From Owenia fusiformis (Eukaryota), in the NCBI GenBank assembly GCA_903813345.2, contig CAIIXF020000001.1, positions 33,170,001 to 33,234,000 on the forward strand: a stretch of 64,000 bases of DNA, written 5' to 3'. The position numbers and the translations under genes were made by a program. The notes below the pieces were generated by a model. It was not told the DNA's origin, made no database searches, and saw nothing but the letters and a program-made list of their open reading frames with translations. Numbering within the stretch: the first letter of the stretch is position 1; the number at the start of each line of letters is the position of its first letter. Below are positions 26,719 through 37,826 of the stretch, in pieces.

Positions 26719-26850
26719 TCTGACACCATGTGGTGTTATATATTGCCTAAGTGACATCTATATTATTGAGTAGAGTGAATGTTTATTCTAAATAGGGAAT
26801 TCGAAGTGGCCAGACGTACATTCAGCAGTGGTAAGCATATTTTGATTTAC
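26719..26850 (-). mobile_element. Gypsy primer-binding site and 3' end of the 5' LTR
   Basis: Minus strand reads ...AATAAA...ATATAACACCACA|TGGTGTCAGA; LTR ends in CA at 26729, PBS at 26719-26728. The LTR 5' boundary is uncertain. Confidence 0.7.
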
Positions 26851-28530
26851 ATGCCCGAGCAAGGGGCGCCCGAGCAAGGGGCTAAAATAAAAGGCTTTGA
26901 GCAGGGGCGTAGGAAGGTGTAAATTCAACACTACGCCAAAAATCCCGTCAAAAAAATGAAACAATTGTGTCAATATTATATATATCAAAACGCCTATATT
27001 ATGCTCGTAAAACGTCATTTTATGGTAACAGAGATTTCAAGCTTGCAATATTCACAACCTAAATGTGAACAGAAATACTTAAGCGATGCATTTGTATGGG
27101 CGATTGGTCATACGTATAGGTTGGCGTTTCGATTTCATATGCAAGCTTTAAATCCCCGATACCTTTTTAATGTGCTTTAAAATGTTCGAATGATTTTCAT
27201 CATTTAAAATCACCTTGGAAAGCCTATCTTTTAAATCTTGACACAAATCATTCTCACTTTGCTAATATCTCGAACGATTGAGACGACCAATTTCCAAAAA
27301 ACAATTAGAGATTTTTTAATCATTTTCGAATGATTGAATTAAGATCTGAAGATATATAGTATTGTCGGATTCCATCGTGTACCGTGCAATACAATACGTA
27401 CAGATTAAAGAAACTAGTTTGATCAATTGATATAAAGAAACGCATTCGTGATCAATGAAACAAATAAATACACCCACCACAAAGGTCAAATCGAGGTCAA
27501 CGTGACTTAGGGGATGCCAAAAAATGTTATAAAACAAGAATCTATTATTTGTCAAATGAAAAAAAATAGGTTATCGCTTTTCTAGAACTGAAATCAATGG
27601 AACGTGTAATTGAATAATCAGCATTTTCAAGTTGTTTTTGTCTTTAACATCCATATTTCAAAAAGTACTACCAATAACAATTAGTGATTTAGTAAGAAAA
27701 TAGATAATTGTTGACTTAACTATAATTTCGTGTCTATGATTTTGCATAGCAACGGAATATAAATCGATAGTGAAATTGAAAAATTGGGGTAGGGGAGAAT
27801 AAAAAAAATATACATCTAAATTTAAAGAGGTTCATCATTATAATCATATGATACCATAGTTAGCATAAGCATTACGGAAAATGCAGAAAAAATGTCAAAG
27901 GTATTCATCAAGTAGTTTTTGAAAAAAAACAGCTTTCCTCTCAAATTCGTGAAGAGAACGCGATTCACGAATATTTGGCGAAATTGTATTTATAAGACAG
28001 TCAATAGTGGCTCGATTTTCATGAAATAAAGCATGTTGGTAAGGGAATTCAATCTGTTAAATGATATTTGCCAGACAGACCAATAATGATATGGTATCCA
28101 CAAAACATTTCTTTAGGCTAGTGTGCTCGAGATTACTTTTACAATTTAAACAATGAGAAAATATGTCTAAAGAACATAGGAAAGTTAAAAAGTCTTTTTT
28201 ATTCTCACTTTTCAACACTACGCACTGGCGTTTTGGCGTACATTGTTCCTACGCCACTGTTGAGGGCCTAGAGATTAAAAGGCTTTGAGGGTCTAGAGAT
28301 ATAAATGCCCGAGCAAGGGGCTAAAATAAAAGGCTTTGAGGGCCTAGAGATTAAAAGGCTTTGAGGGCCTAGAGATATAAATGCCCGAGCAAGGGGCTAA
28401 AAATAAAAGCTCCAAGGGCCTGAAAATATATGCGCAAGCAGGGGGCAAAAAATATGAACCATGAGGGGTAATGAATAAAAGGCCTTGAGAGCCTAGAGAT
28501 ACAGAGATATATGCCAGAGCAAGGGGCATT
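26850..28530. repeat. Minisatellite (atgcccgagcaaggggctaaaataaaaggctttgagggcctagagat), split by a MITE
   Basis: Units at 26850-26901 and 28260-28530. Confidence 0.75.
26902..28259. mobile_element. hAT-like non-autonomous element with 5-bp TSD
   Basis: TIR CAGGGGCGTAGGAA / TTCCTACGCCACTG; TTGAG on both sides; removing it restores the minisatellite unit aggctttgagggcctagag. Confidence 0.85.
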
Positions 28531-29003
28531 AAATATAACTATGAGACAATATAATATAAGAGAAGTTTTCTGAGAGGCAAATATTTGACAGAAACAAAGA
28601 AAAATAGAACATTGATGACATGAAAAATCTTGATAACATGGCCTTATAATGAACACTGGAAATTCAACGTGTTAATAACACAGTAAAATTAGAGGTCATT
28701 ATACAGTACGTTATAGTACAGTGTGACGAAAATAATGACACTCAGATATAATCTGGTAATTGGCAATTGAATGAAAACTGGGGTTTTCTCAATAGAAAGT
28801 AGGTTGAATTGTTTTGACATGACTGGATAACCTATGCAAGTGATTGGTTATGTAATGGTTTAATTCCATGTACCCTCTTGTAAACTAATTTGAAAATGAC
28901 TTGAGTTTGTAACATTTGAAACTAGTGAAGTCTGATAAACAATTGGCTTCTCTTTACATCTAAAGTCCGGGAGCACTGATCTCTTAGTGGTTTTAACCAC
29001 GTG

Positions 29004-29816
29004 CAGTGGCGTAGCTACGTGTACGCCAAGTACGCCCAGGCGTACTCTCAAATTTTAAGGAAAAATAAAATTTACCTGATTAATTGTGATGAAAAATAAA
29101 TATTTTACCAAGAGATAGAAATCGATAGGAGATATATGAAGACTCGTGTTAATAAATAAAAAAGTTCTCGATTATTTCATTTTCTTTGTTTTGAATCAGT
29201 TAGCTACTGATAATTAGAGAATTTTATATCGTTTCAGTTGAGTTGACATTTCTTCCTTGGCCATGACACATATCCATAGGGAACAGGATATAAACATTGA
29301 TACTGTTATTGACATGTTCGCAAATGCAAAAAACAGAAAGATAGAATTTATTCTATAGAATCACGTACAGATTGTTAAGATCCGAAATGGAGTTGAGACG
29401 GTCGTGTAACTGTTCTTTTATTGTTAATCATCTTGTGAGCTAGATAAAAAACAAACACAGAAAAAATAATAATATTTCATGGAGAATGACCACAAAAGCT
29501 TAAAACAATGAGCCTCATACATACAGTTTTAGGTAGCCTAAAAAATAAAATCGCCTTGATAGACGGCTTCGATCGCCGATGGCATGATTATATAGAATCT
29601 GTCTATTTTGTTTCCCGAATATTATCTGTTAATACAGTTAATTCAATCCCTTTAACAATACATATTTCCTTCATTGAATTAAGAGTGTTTAGTGTGTCCC
29701 CTATCTTCTGAACACCCGGGATCTCCCTATTTTATGGAACCGTCGTTTTGTTAATTTTGAAAAAACCGGGAAATCATACGGGCGTACACTCGCAAAATGG
29801 GCTAGCTACGCCTCTG
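29004..29816 (+). mobile_element. hAT deletion derivative with 5-bp TSD
   Basis: TIR CAGTGGCGTAGCTA / TAGCTACGCCTCTG; ACGTG on both sides; carries a transposase C-terminal relic. Confidence 0.88.
29251..29358 (+). pseudogene. hAT transposase C-terminal (dimerisation domain end) relic
   Basis: SSLAMTHIHREQDINIDTVIDMFANAKNRKIEFIL* resembles the end of Tip100/ZMYM1/THAP12-type hAT transposases. Confidence 0.75.
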
Positions 29817-30699
29817 ACGTGGACTTCGGATGTGAGAGTTGTCTCTCCACAGTAGGAGGTAATTGGCAATTGAGGTTAATTACTCATGTTAGGGGACTGA
29901 TTTTTCCCCACCAGTAATTCATGAATGAAACATTGATATGAAGTCAATTTTAGGTTTTATTAGCTTCATAATTACATTATGGAAAACCATCTACTAGAAC
30001 TACTGGGAGAGATTGCTCTCAAATCCGATGTCCACGTTAGTTTTTTGTTAATTTTTTATTAAAGATTTGAGGATTGGGAGTAGTAAATAATTAACAAATC
30101 ACATTATTCAGGATGTAAATACACCGTAAAGGGTAAAATTAAATGTGTATTTCACCCAATCCTTTAACATGAAATCTACTTGAATGTATGGATGTCACTT
30201 AGGAAACATAGATTTCCTAAGTGACATCTTTATTATTGAGTAGAGTGAATGTTTATTCTAAATAGGGAATTCGAGGGAGGTAGTCATTAGCAAATGGAAT
30301 GGATAATAGTTTACATATCATGAAATTTGGATGAAATTGGGAAATGATTGAAAAATAAGTTACACTCCCACCCAACCCATTTCCTGAGGCTGTACATTCT
30401 GGTGGGTTTCACTTAAATATGTATTTCACCCAATCCTTTAACATGAAATCTACTTGAATGTATGGATGTCACTTTAGGAAACATAGACTTAACACTATAG
30501 ACTAACAGTTTATAAGATTATTAAGGCTTTATTGCTGGATAAAACTTATAACCGCATGGCTTCTACATCCGGGTACTAGACAGCCCAATCTGATGACATC
30601 ACACATTAAGGTGGATGATGAGTTAACATTTAAGGTGTACAGAGTGACTAACACTACAGATTTTAGAAGACACATTTCTAATTCAAGCTCAGTTTTTGA

Positions 30700-31530
30700 G
30701 GTCTTTTTGAGATAAATAGATGATTGAGTTAAGATGCCAGAAGTCAACCAGGGTCTATTAGGGTCATGATTAACCTTGATAAATTTGGATTTGACTGGAA
30801 ATGAAGAATCATATTGTTCTATTAACAAGTTAATGAAGATATTAAATGCTATGTTTACATCTTGACGTTTATAGCAAGGGGTCCAGTCGACATTTGAGAG
30901 TTTCTCAAGAAATAATTGCTTATTAGAGTCATTGAAATAAGATAACTGCTTAATGTTTTTTTTAGATTTGGTAGTATCATAATGTGAAATGGAATAAATT
31001 GGAAAGTGATCAGAAATGTCCTCCATGATGATACCACATCCATCAATATTAGGGACATTAGTAAAAATATTATCTATAAGAGTTGCAGTCTTAATTTTTG
31101 TCAGTAATTTTTTTGTCGGCCTATATATTAGTGGGACATGATTGAATGAATAAAACTGGTTCAGAAAATCATGTGTGGGTTCATAAGATTCAACCTTAAG
31201 TAAATCAATGTTGAAGTCACCCATGATGTAAGATACATGTAATTTACCCTCATCTGCTATTTTATTCATATTATCACCTAAGTCACCAGTAAGATGTGAC
31301 ACATCAACACCAGGTATGACAGTAATAATGATATTTTTTGAGTTTTGACTGATTAATTCAATAGCTACTGATTCACACTCTAGATTATCAACCCTAAGGT
31401 CATTGCGTGTAATATACTGCAAGGAGTTGTGAACATTTATACAGACACCACCCCCTCTTTTATCTATTCTAGAATTAAATTCTGATGAGTAGTTAGTTAA
31501 GTTAAACTGGTTTTGATTTGATGCATTAAG
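30700..31530 (-). pseudogene. LINE (CR1/L2-like) ORF2 AP-endonuclease fragment
   Basis: RGGGVCINV, IMGDFNIDLL, TATLIDNIFTN, ISDHFPIY, PWLTSGI; truncated at both ends. Confidence 0.9.
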
Positions 31531-31901
31531 CAGTGGAGACGATGGGCTCGATTGCCGTATCATACTGCATTTGAACGGCGATACGGCAATTGCCGTAAAA
31601 AACGTCATTATTTGTAATAACGGTTATCTTTTAAAAATCTAAACAATTCCGGACTTCAAATTCATATTAAATCATATAACATCCATAGTAAGTACAATTT
31701 TAAAGTATTTTCCATAAATAGGGGGTTTAAATTTAATGACATGAAATATTTTGTCCTAGATATTGTTTATTTCTACTCCAGTGCACAAGGGCCGATTACA
31801 ACCTGAAATCCCTGAAATTGTGAAATTGCAACAGACCCTCCTTGTACTTAATTTCGGCAATATTAAATAAAGAGATGGCATGAATTTTTTTATTGATATT
31901 A

Positions 31902-33563
31902 CAGAGCTGTCAAGTGTCCCGCGAATGGCGGGATTATCCCGCGAATTTGATCAAAATTAGGCTAATTCGCGTGTCCCGCAATGTCCCGCGAAGTCCCGCA
32001 AATGTGGCTTTAACCTCCGCGAATTTCCGAAATTGTTGCAATCCCCTATATTGTGATTATCTTATCTTATATAAGAAGCTAAGTTTTTGCACATTTGAGG
32101 AGTAAAGTTTACCTTGTTGTAAGTACCTAACATGCTGTTGTTTGGTATCAAAATAAAGAGGAAGGGTTCAACTTTCATTTTAATTACGAAATAGGGATGT
32201 AGGTCACAAACAGTTCCAACGTTGGCCTTTTTACTACCCGTGTGGCCTTCATCTCAGAACTGAGCAAATGTTAGCAAACGCGAGTTACAATAAATGGACG
32301 CTGATATGTAGAAAGGGTTTGTAGAAAAAACCGGGTACCGGGTTGTAAATCCTCCATGCTGGGTTCAAACTTGGTACCCGGTCAAAAAAACGGGTACCCA
32401 AAAAACGAAAAATACGAATATATAACATAATTAGATTATGAGAAAACGTGTAAGATTTGTTTTGAATTCACAAAAATGTATGTAACATCCTTCAAAATTG
32501 AGCTAGAAGCTTCAAATAAAAAGCATAGTTTAAGGCTCTTTTCTTCCTCTATCGTCATGGCCATATTTTCATTGGTTATGATGATAAAGGAAGAAAAGAG
32601 CCTTAAAATGCTTTTCATTTGAAGCTTCTAGCGCAATTTTGAAGGAAGTTACATACATTTTTGTAAATTCAAAACAAATCTTACACGTTTTCTAATGATC
32701 TAATTATGTTGTATATATTCGTATATTTCGTTTTTTGGGTACCCGTTTTTTTCGACCGGGTACCAAGTTTGAACCCAGCATGGAGGATTTACTACCCGGT
32801 ACCCGGTTTTTTCTACAAACCCTATATAGAAAAGTAACCTCATTCCCTATAATTTGATGTAGATTAATCGAACCCCTATATCATGGGCTTTCAATTGAAA
32901 GCCCATGCCTACAGTATATGAATAGGTACATTTTAATATATAATATTATGGGGGTAAGCGTTTCATAGTTGGTCGCGACGCCAGAAGTGCAAAGTATTGT
33001 TCCGAATTTTTGAATTTCGTGTTAGATTACGGTACTCACACCTGAAGCATGGTTTTTGTTTTTGATAAATTACAATAAAGTTTAATAATATTCCTATGCG
33101 TATTTTGTGAAATTGTGTTGACGTTTATTTAAGTTATAATGCAACGGTGCATTATATTTGATTAATCAGTATCTGGAAGTTTGATTTAAGTACTTTACAT
33201 GCTTTTACATTAGTCCCAATCACGCAAATCCCTTGAATGTCCCGGGACATCCTGCAAATTTAGGTGGATGTCCTGGAAATCCCGCAAAGTTAGGGCACGT
33301 TGTCTAAAACATCTGTCCCTCTATGAAGTTTTTGGTGGTAAACCTGTTAACTGTCCCGCAATTAGAGTGTTTGTCCCTCGAATGGGCCCGCGAAATCCCG
33401 CGAATTTGATTAAAAATTTGGCCTATTAGCGCAATCACGCAAATGCCTTAAATGTCCCGCGAAATCCCGCGAATTTAGTACATGTCCCGCAAAATCCCGC
33501 GAAATTTGGGCACTGGGTCTAAAAAATCTGTTCGCGAGAAAATCTTTAGGGGTGAGAGTACTG
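31902..33563. mobile_element. CAG..CTG non-autonomous element with 6-bp TSD
   Basis: Starts CAGAGCTGTCAAG, ends GGTGAGAGTACTG (imperfect TIR); ATATTA on both sides; tcccgcgaa subterminal arrays at both ends. Confidence 0.7.
32315..32822. mobile_element. Foldback MITE (Mutator-like), almost fully palindromic
   Basis: GGGTTTGTAGAAAAAACCGGGTACC... / ...GGTACCCGGTTTTTTCTACAAACCC with ~245-bp arms; flanks tatgtagaaa / tatatagaaa (10 bp, 1 mismatch). Confidence 0.85.
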
Positions 33564-34586
33564 ATATTAGAAGAACATATATAAAATAAACTTTTCCTCG
33601 CTTGCATTTAAATTCTGCCGTGTGCAATTACTCCCGTGGGTTCTCAAAGTTTCACTTATTTTAGGCAAAAGACAAAAACGTACTTTGGGGGTTAAGGTGC
33701 TCTTCAGACATTCCAGAGGCCAGAATAACATGAAACCAGACAGGTTTTCTTTTTAATTTTATCGTTTTTATAAATAACATCGTCTTCCTGCATGCATTTT
33801 GGGTTTGATTCATCCTTTACACTGACGTTTTAGGTATAAAAGTCTCGGCTTTCAGTCATTACTAGATCGCGTTCAAAGTACTAAGTACCGTTCGCATTAC
33901 CATTGTTCTCAGACGGACAATGCTGCCTGGATAATTTCGTCCAGCAACCAATTCGCCCAGAAACAAAACCAAGAGACGTATGTAGCAAGTGCCATTTCTA
34001 GAAACTCAGTTTAGAGTCGGGAAAGTGACTTGAGAATGCAGGAAAACTGACCAATCAGAATGCCCGATTCCTCAGTATTTCTCAATTGAATCTTCGATTA
34101 TGGAGAAACATTTTCACGCTCGAATTCCACCTATCTATTGCACATGGATCGCTTCAAAAGTGACACAATCGGGAAGCTGGTTTTGTCAGCTTCACTATGA
34201 CATTATGCTTTTAGAAATCGACCGAGAAATGGCGGAGAAAAAGACCATAAGTGTCATTTCTAAAACGGCGAGTTTGGAGAGCTAAAGTGGATTGGGACTG
34301 CTAGAAAGCCAGCCAATCAGAACGCAGGATTTCTTATGTGAAACTTGGAATTCGAGAAATCGCCTTTACCTTCTATTTCCTCAGTTTTCTCGCAATTTGG
34401 TCACTACAAAGTGGAACCATCAGAAAGCTTTAGTTCCGAGCATAACCATGGTCTTATTTATTTCGAAATCTGTCAACTAATAGCAGAGTTATAGACTAAT
34501 AAATGCCATTTTTTAAACAGCCAGTTTAGAGCCAGAAAGTGGATTCAGACTGCAACAATATTATGCAAATTAGCTAGACGTATCTA

Positions 34587-34850
34587 CAGGCCTGTCAACT
34601 GTCCCGCAATTTGCGTATTTGTCACGCATTTGCTGAAGAATTTGAAGTCACGCCAGTTATTTTTGCGTGACAGAAAATGTCAGGCAAATACGCATTTTAC
34701 CTGGTAATTGTCAAGCAAAAATATTTCTGTAGAAAAATTTCCAAAAAAGTTCGTCTACACAGCAAAAATACGAACGCCGAAAAAAACCGTACGCATTTCG
34801 TTCTGACTTTTCACTCGAATCACGTATATGTCGAAATTTTTCGCCCCTTT
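34587..34850. mobile_element. One-ended copy of the 37337-37826 MITE family (opposite orientation)
   Basis: caggcctgtcaactgtccc...gtcacgcatttgctgaagaatttgaagtcacgccag is the reverse complement of 37570-37826. Confidence 0.8.
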
Positions 34851-35325
34851 GAAATTTGAAATAATTTTGATTGGGCAAGTCTTGAATTTTACAAATTCAG
34901 ACACTTATACTTCACCTTGTAATCATCACAATTTTAAAGGAAGGAAGATGTGTCTGGAAGGAAGAAATCCTTCAATCAGAAAATAATCTGTTTATTGATT
35001 TGAACATGCAATCAGACATTACAGGATGTGTTTTAAATAATTGTGTCGATAAGCATAACTTAAAAAACTCTGATTACAGTAAGACTCGGTCTCTCTAGTT
35101 TGATTAAAGTCTGCTTCGAAGGATGTGTCTAAAGAAACTTTATTTATCCATTAATCCATAAACAAAACAAAAATAATTTGGCAAGGCAAAACAAAGCTTA
35201 TTACAGAGAGACTCTCAGTTTGATTAGAGTCTGCTATAAAGGAAGCATCTTATGTAATTTAATTATTCAATACACAGAACTTGATAAATGGTAAAGTTGA
35301 TAATTTGCCAAAGAACAATAACTTA

Positions 35326-35726
35326 CTGTACGCCCGGTATTATTCGCGTGCGATTAACTTTCGCGCTTTTCGCGAGGGTGTTAAAATCGCGAAAAATTAT
35401 CGTCGCGAAATTGCCAATTAAATCCCCGGGAATTTGTTTTTACCCGGGGCTCTGATGCATTTCGTTTTGTCTACTAGTTTGGATCGAGTTATAGTACTTC
35501 AATAGTACTGTGCAACTCCATGACTTTACTATGCGCATGCGCGGCAATGAAAGAGCACGTGCGCACGATTGTTCACGTGATCGTAGCCTGCAATTTGATT
35601 GGACATCATATACTGGGGAATCCCCGAATGCGATAAAATACAGTATTCGCGAAATTTAATAGCCGCGAAACCGTGTTTTCGCAGAATTCGCGAAATTAAA
35701 GCTCGCGAATAATACCGGGCGTACAG
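35326..35726. mobile_element. TA-TSD MITE (Tc1/mariner-type)
   Basis: TA|CTGTACGCCCGGTATTATTCGCG ... CGCGAATAATACCGGGCGTACAG|TA; ttcgcg subterminal repeats. Confidence 0.9.
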
Positions 35727-36254
35727 TAATCCATAAACGAAAAACGAAAATCTCCCTTATTTTCCTCCAGATTTTTCAAGTTTAGAGTTTTGAAAAATAA
35801 GCCCCGTTTTTAAATAAAAATGAAATATAAAAATTCTGAAAATTTTATCTGCAGTTTCATATACTTGCTATTTGAGATTTCTTAGCACTTATTAAAGTAA
35901 TTGAATAAAGAAACAAACCCTCAAAAATCTGAAAACACTTTTTAAACTTTTAACCCCTCCCCTCTGCATGAAATAGAGAAGATAAATAAATATATGGTAT
36001 AACACAAGCTGAAAATAAATATAACAGAAACTTGACTATGAACCCTATTTCTGGTCTGGCCGTTTTAATTAGCTGTTCAACCGTTTTAATTGGCTGTTCA
36101 AGCATTTTGATTTCCCTAAACCCATGAGAATATTAATATGTAGTAGGTATTGTTGTGTCGAGCATTATTATAAAAAATATTTGCCAAGAAAGAACATGGT
36201 AATTAAATCTGAGATAAGGACAGATTTAGCTGATGAACATGCCAATATTGTGTT

Positions 36255-36540
36255 GAATTTTGCCAATAGTTAACTGAATACTGGCAATAGTTTAATGAAA
36301 ACTGGAAAAAGTTATTGAATACTGCCAATATTATAATGAATACTAACAATTAGTTCATTGAATACTGGCAATAATGTAATGAATACTGGCAATAGTTTAT
36401 TGAATACTGGCAATAGTTAAATGAATACTGGCAATGGTTTAATGAATACTGGCAATAATTTAATGAATACTGGTTATAGTAAAATGAACATTGCCAGAAG
36501 TGTCACTTCTATGAACACTTATAGTAGTTTGATGAACACT
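36255..36540. repeat. ~22-bp minisatellite (aatgaatactggcaatagttt)
   Basis: About ten tandem units. Confidence 0.85.
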
Positions 36541-36999
36541 AGATATGGTACTTTTAATTGTGTAAATAATCTAAATGACAGAGAACTAAACTAAAAGTAA
36601 TTTACTATAATAAACATGCATGTATGTTTGCAGAAAAATATCCTAATATACTGTTGTTGAATAGAGGTAGATTCAAATCATTACTTAAAGATAATTTTAA
36701 TTCAGGTAAAATGATAATTTTTTGGAACGATACTAATTCAAGATGGTTGCAGGGTTTGAACTATGCAATCATTGAACAAAACATATTGCAACCATTTACA
36801 TTTCAATGTGAAATGGTTGCAGTTTACAATGGTTGCAGTCGTTGAAAAAGAGTTGACTTCGCTTGGTTGAATGCAATGGTTGCACAATGATTGCTTATCA
36901 TTGTACAATGGGTTTTCCTTTGATCTTAGTAGTTGAAACAATCAGTATTCAATGATTGATGGAAACGGTTTAAATTCGGACTTTCAAGGTTGAATTTTT

Positions 37000-37265
37000 T
37001 ATAAGGGAAGGCAGCCATTTTGGATTTTCTGTCCTCAAATCTTGTCTGTAAAGTCTTGTTTACATGTTTCTGGTTAACTGTGTGACGGATCAATTTCAAA
37101 TTTTCAGGGGTGGTTCTTAGTATGAAAATCTAGAACTGACTAATTTTTGGCATTCTGGGTCAATTTTAAGGTGGCCATTTTGGATTTTCAAATTGTGTCA
37201 GTAAAGTCTTGTCTACTCATTTTTAGCATAGGTGGGGACATTTTGTACACATTTGTGTTTTTGTA
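37000..37265 (+). repeat. HINE 3' fragment, second copy at ~39075-39270
   Basis: Shared ggttcttagtatgaaaatctaga...ggtggggacat..tgtacacatttgtgtt. Confidence 0.6.
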
Positions 37266-37336
37266 TACCCCTTGTGCCTACAACCCTACTCCTAACAAGG
37301 CATGTACAACACCATCCAGTGATTGCATACTATTGC

Positions 37337-37826
37337 CAGGCCTGTCAACTTGGGAACACCTAACATGAGTGACTTGGAAATGTTGAACACCTCCCCTCAA
37401 AATGTGGACACCTTGGTCCAAATCTGAACACCTTGATCCAAATTTTGAACACCTTGGTTTAAATTTTATTACATCTTGTCAAATTTTGAACACCTCAAAT
37501 TTTTCGCGCTCACTACGCTCGCGTTTCAAACATTCATTAACGGGGGGGGAGGTACTAAAAATTTCAAACGGAATGCGTGACATATACGTAATTCGCGTGA
37601 AAAGTCCGAACGAAATGCGTACGTTTTTTTTTTCGGCGTTCGTATTTTTGCTGTGTAGACGAATTTTTTTTGAAATTTTTCTACAGAAATATTTTTGCTG
37701 GACAATTACCAGGTAAAATGCGTATTTGCGTGACATTTTCTGTCATGCAAAAATAACTGGCGTGACTTCAAATTCTTCAGCAAATGCGTGACAAATACGC
37801 AAATCCTGGGACAGTTGACAGGCCTG
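37337..37826. mobile_element. MITE with 6-bp TSD
   Basis: TIR CAGGCCTGTCAACT / AGTTGACAGGCCTG; TATTGC at 37331-37336 and 37827-37832; gaacacct subterminal repeats. Confidence 0.88.

Noticed and set aside
30529..31608. 359-aa ORF as an intact gene
   Set aside because: Only ~30700-31530 is LINE endonuclease; both ends are read-through into unrelated sequence.
31531..33790. Possible TIR pair cagtggagacgatg / catcgtcttcctg
   Set aside because: Weak match and no TSD.
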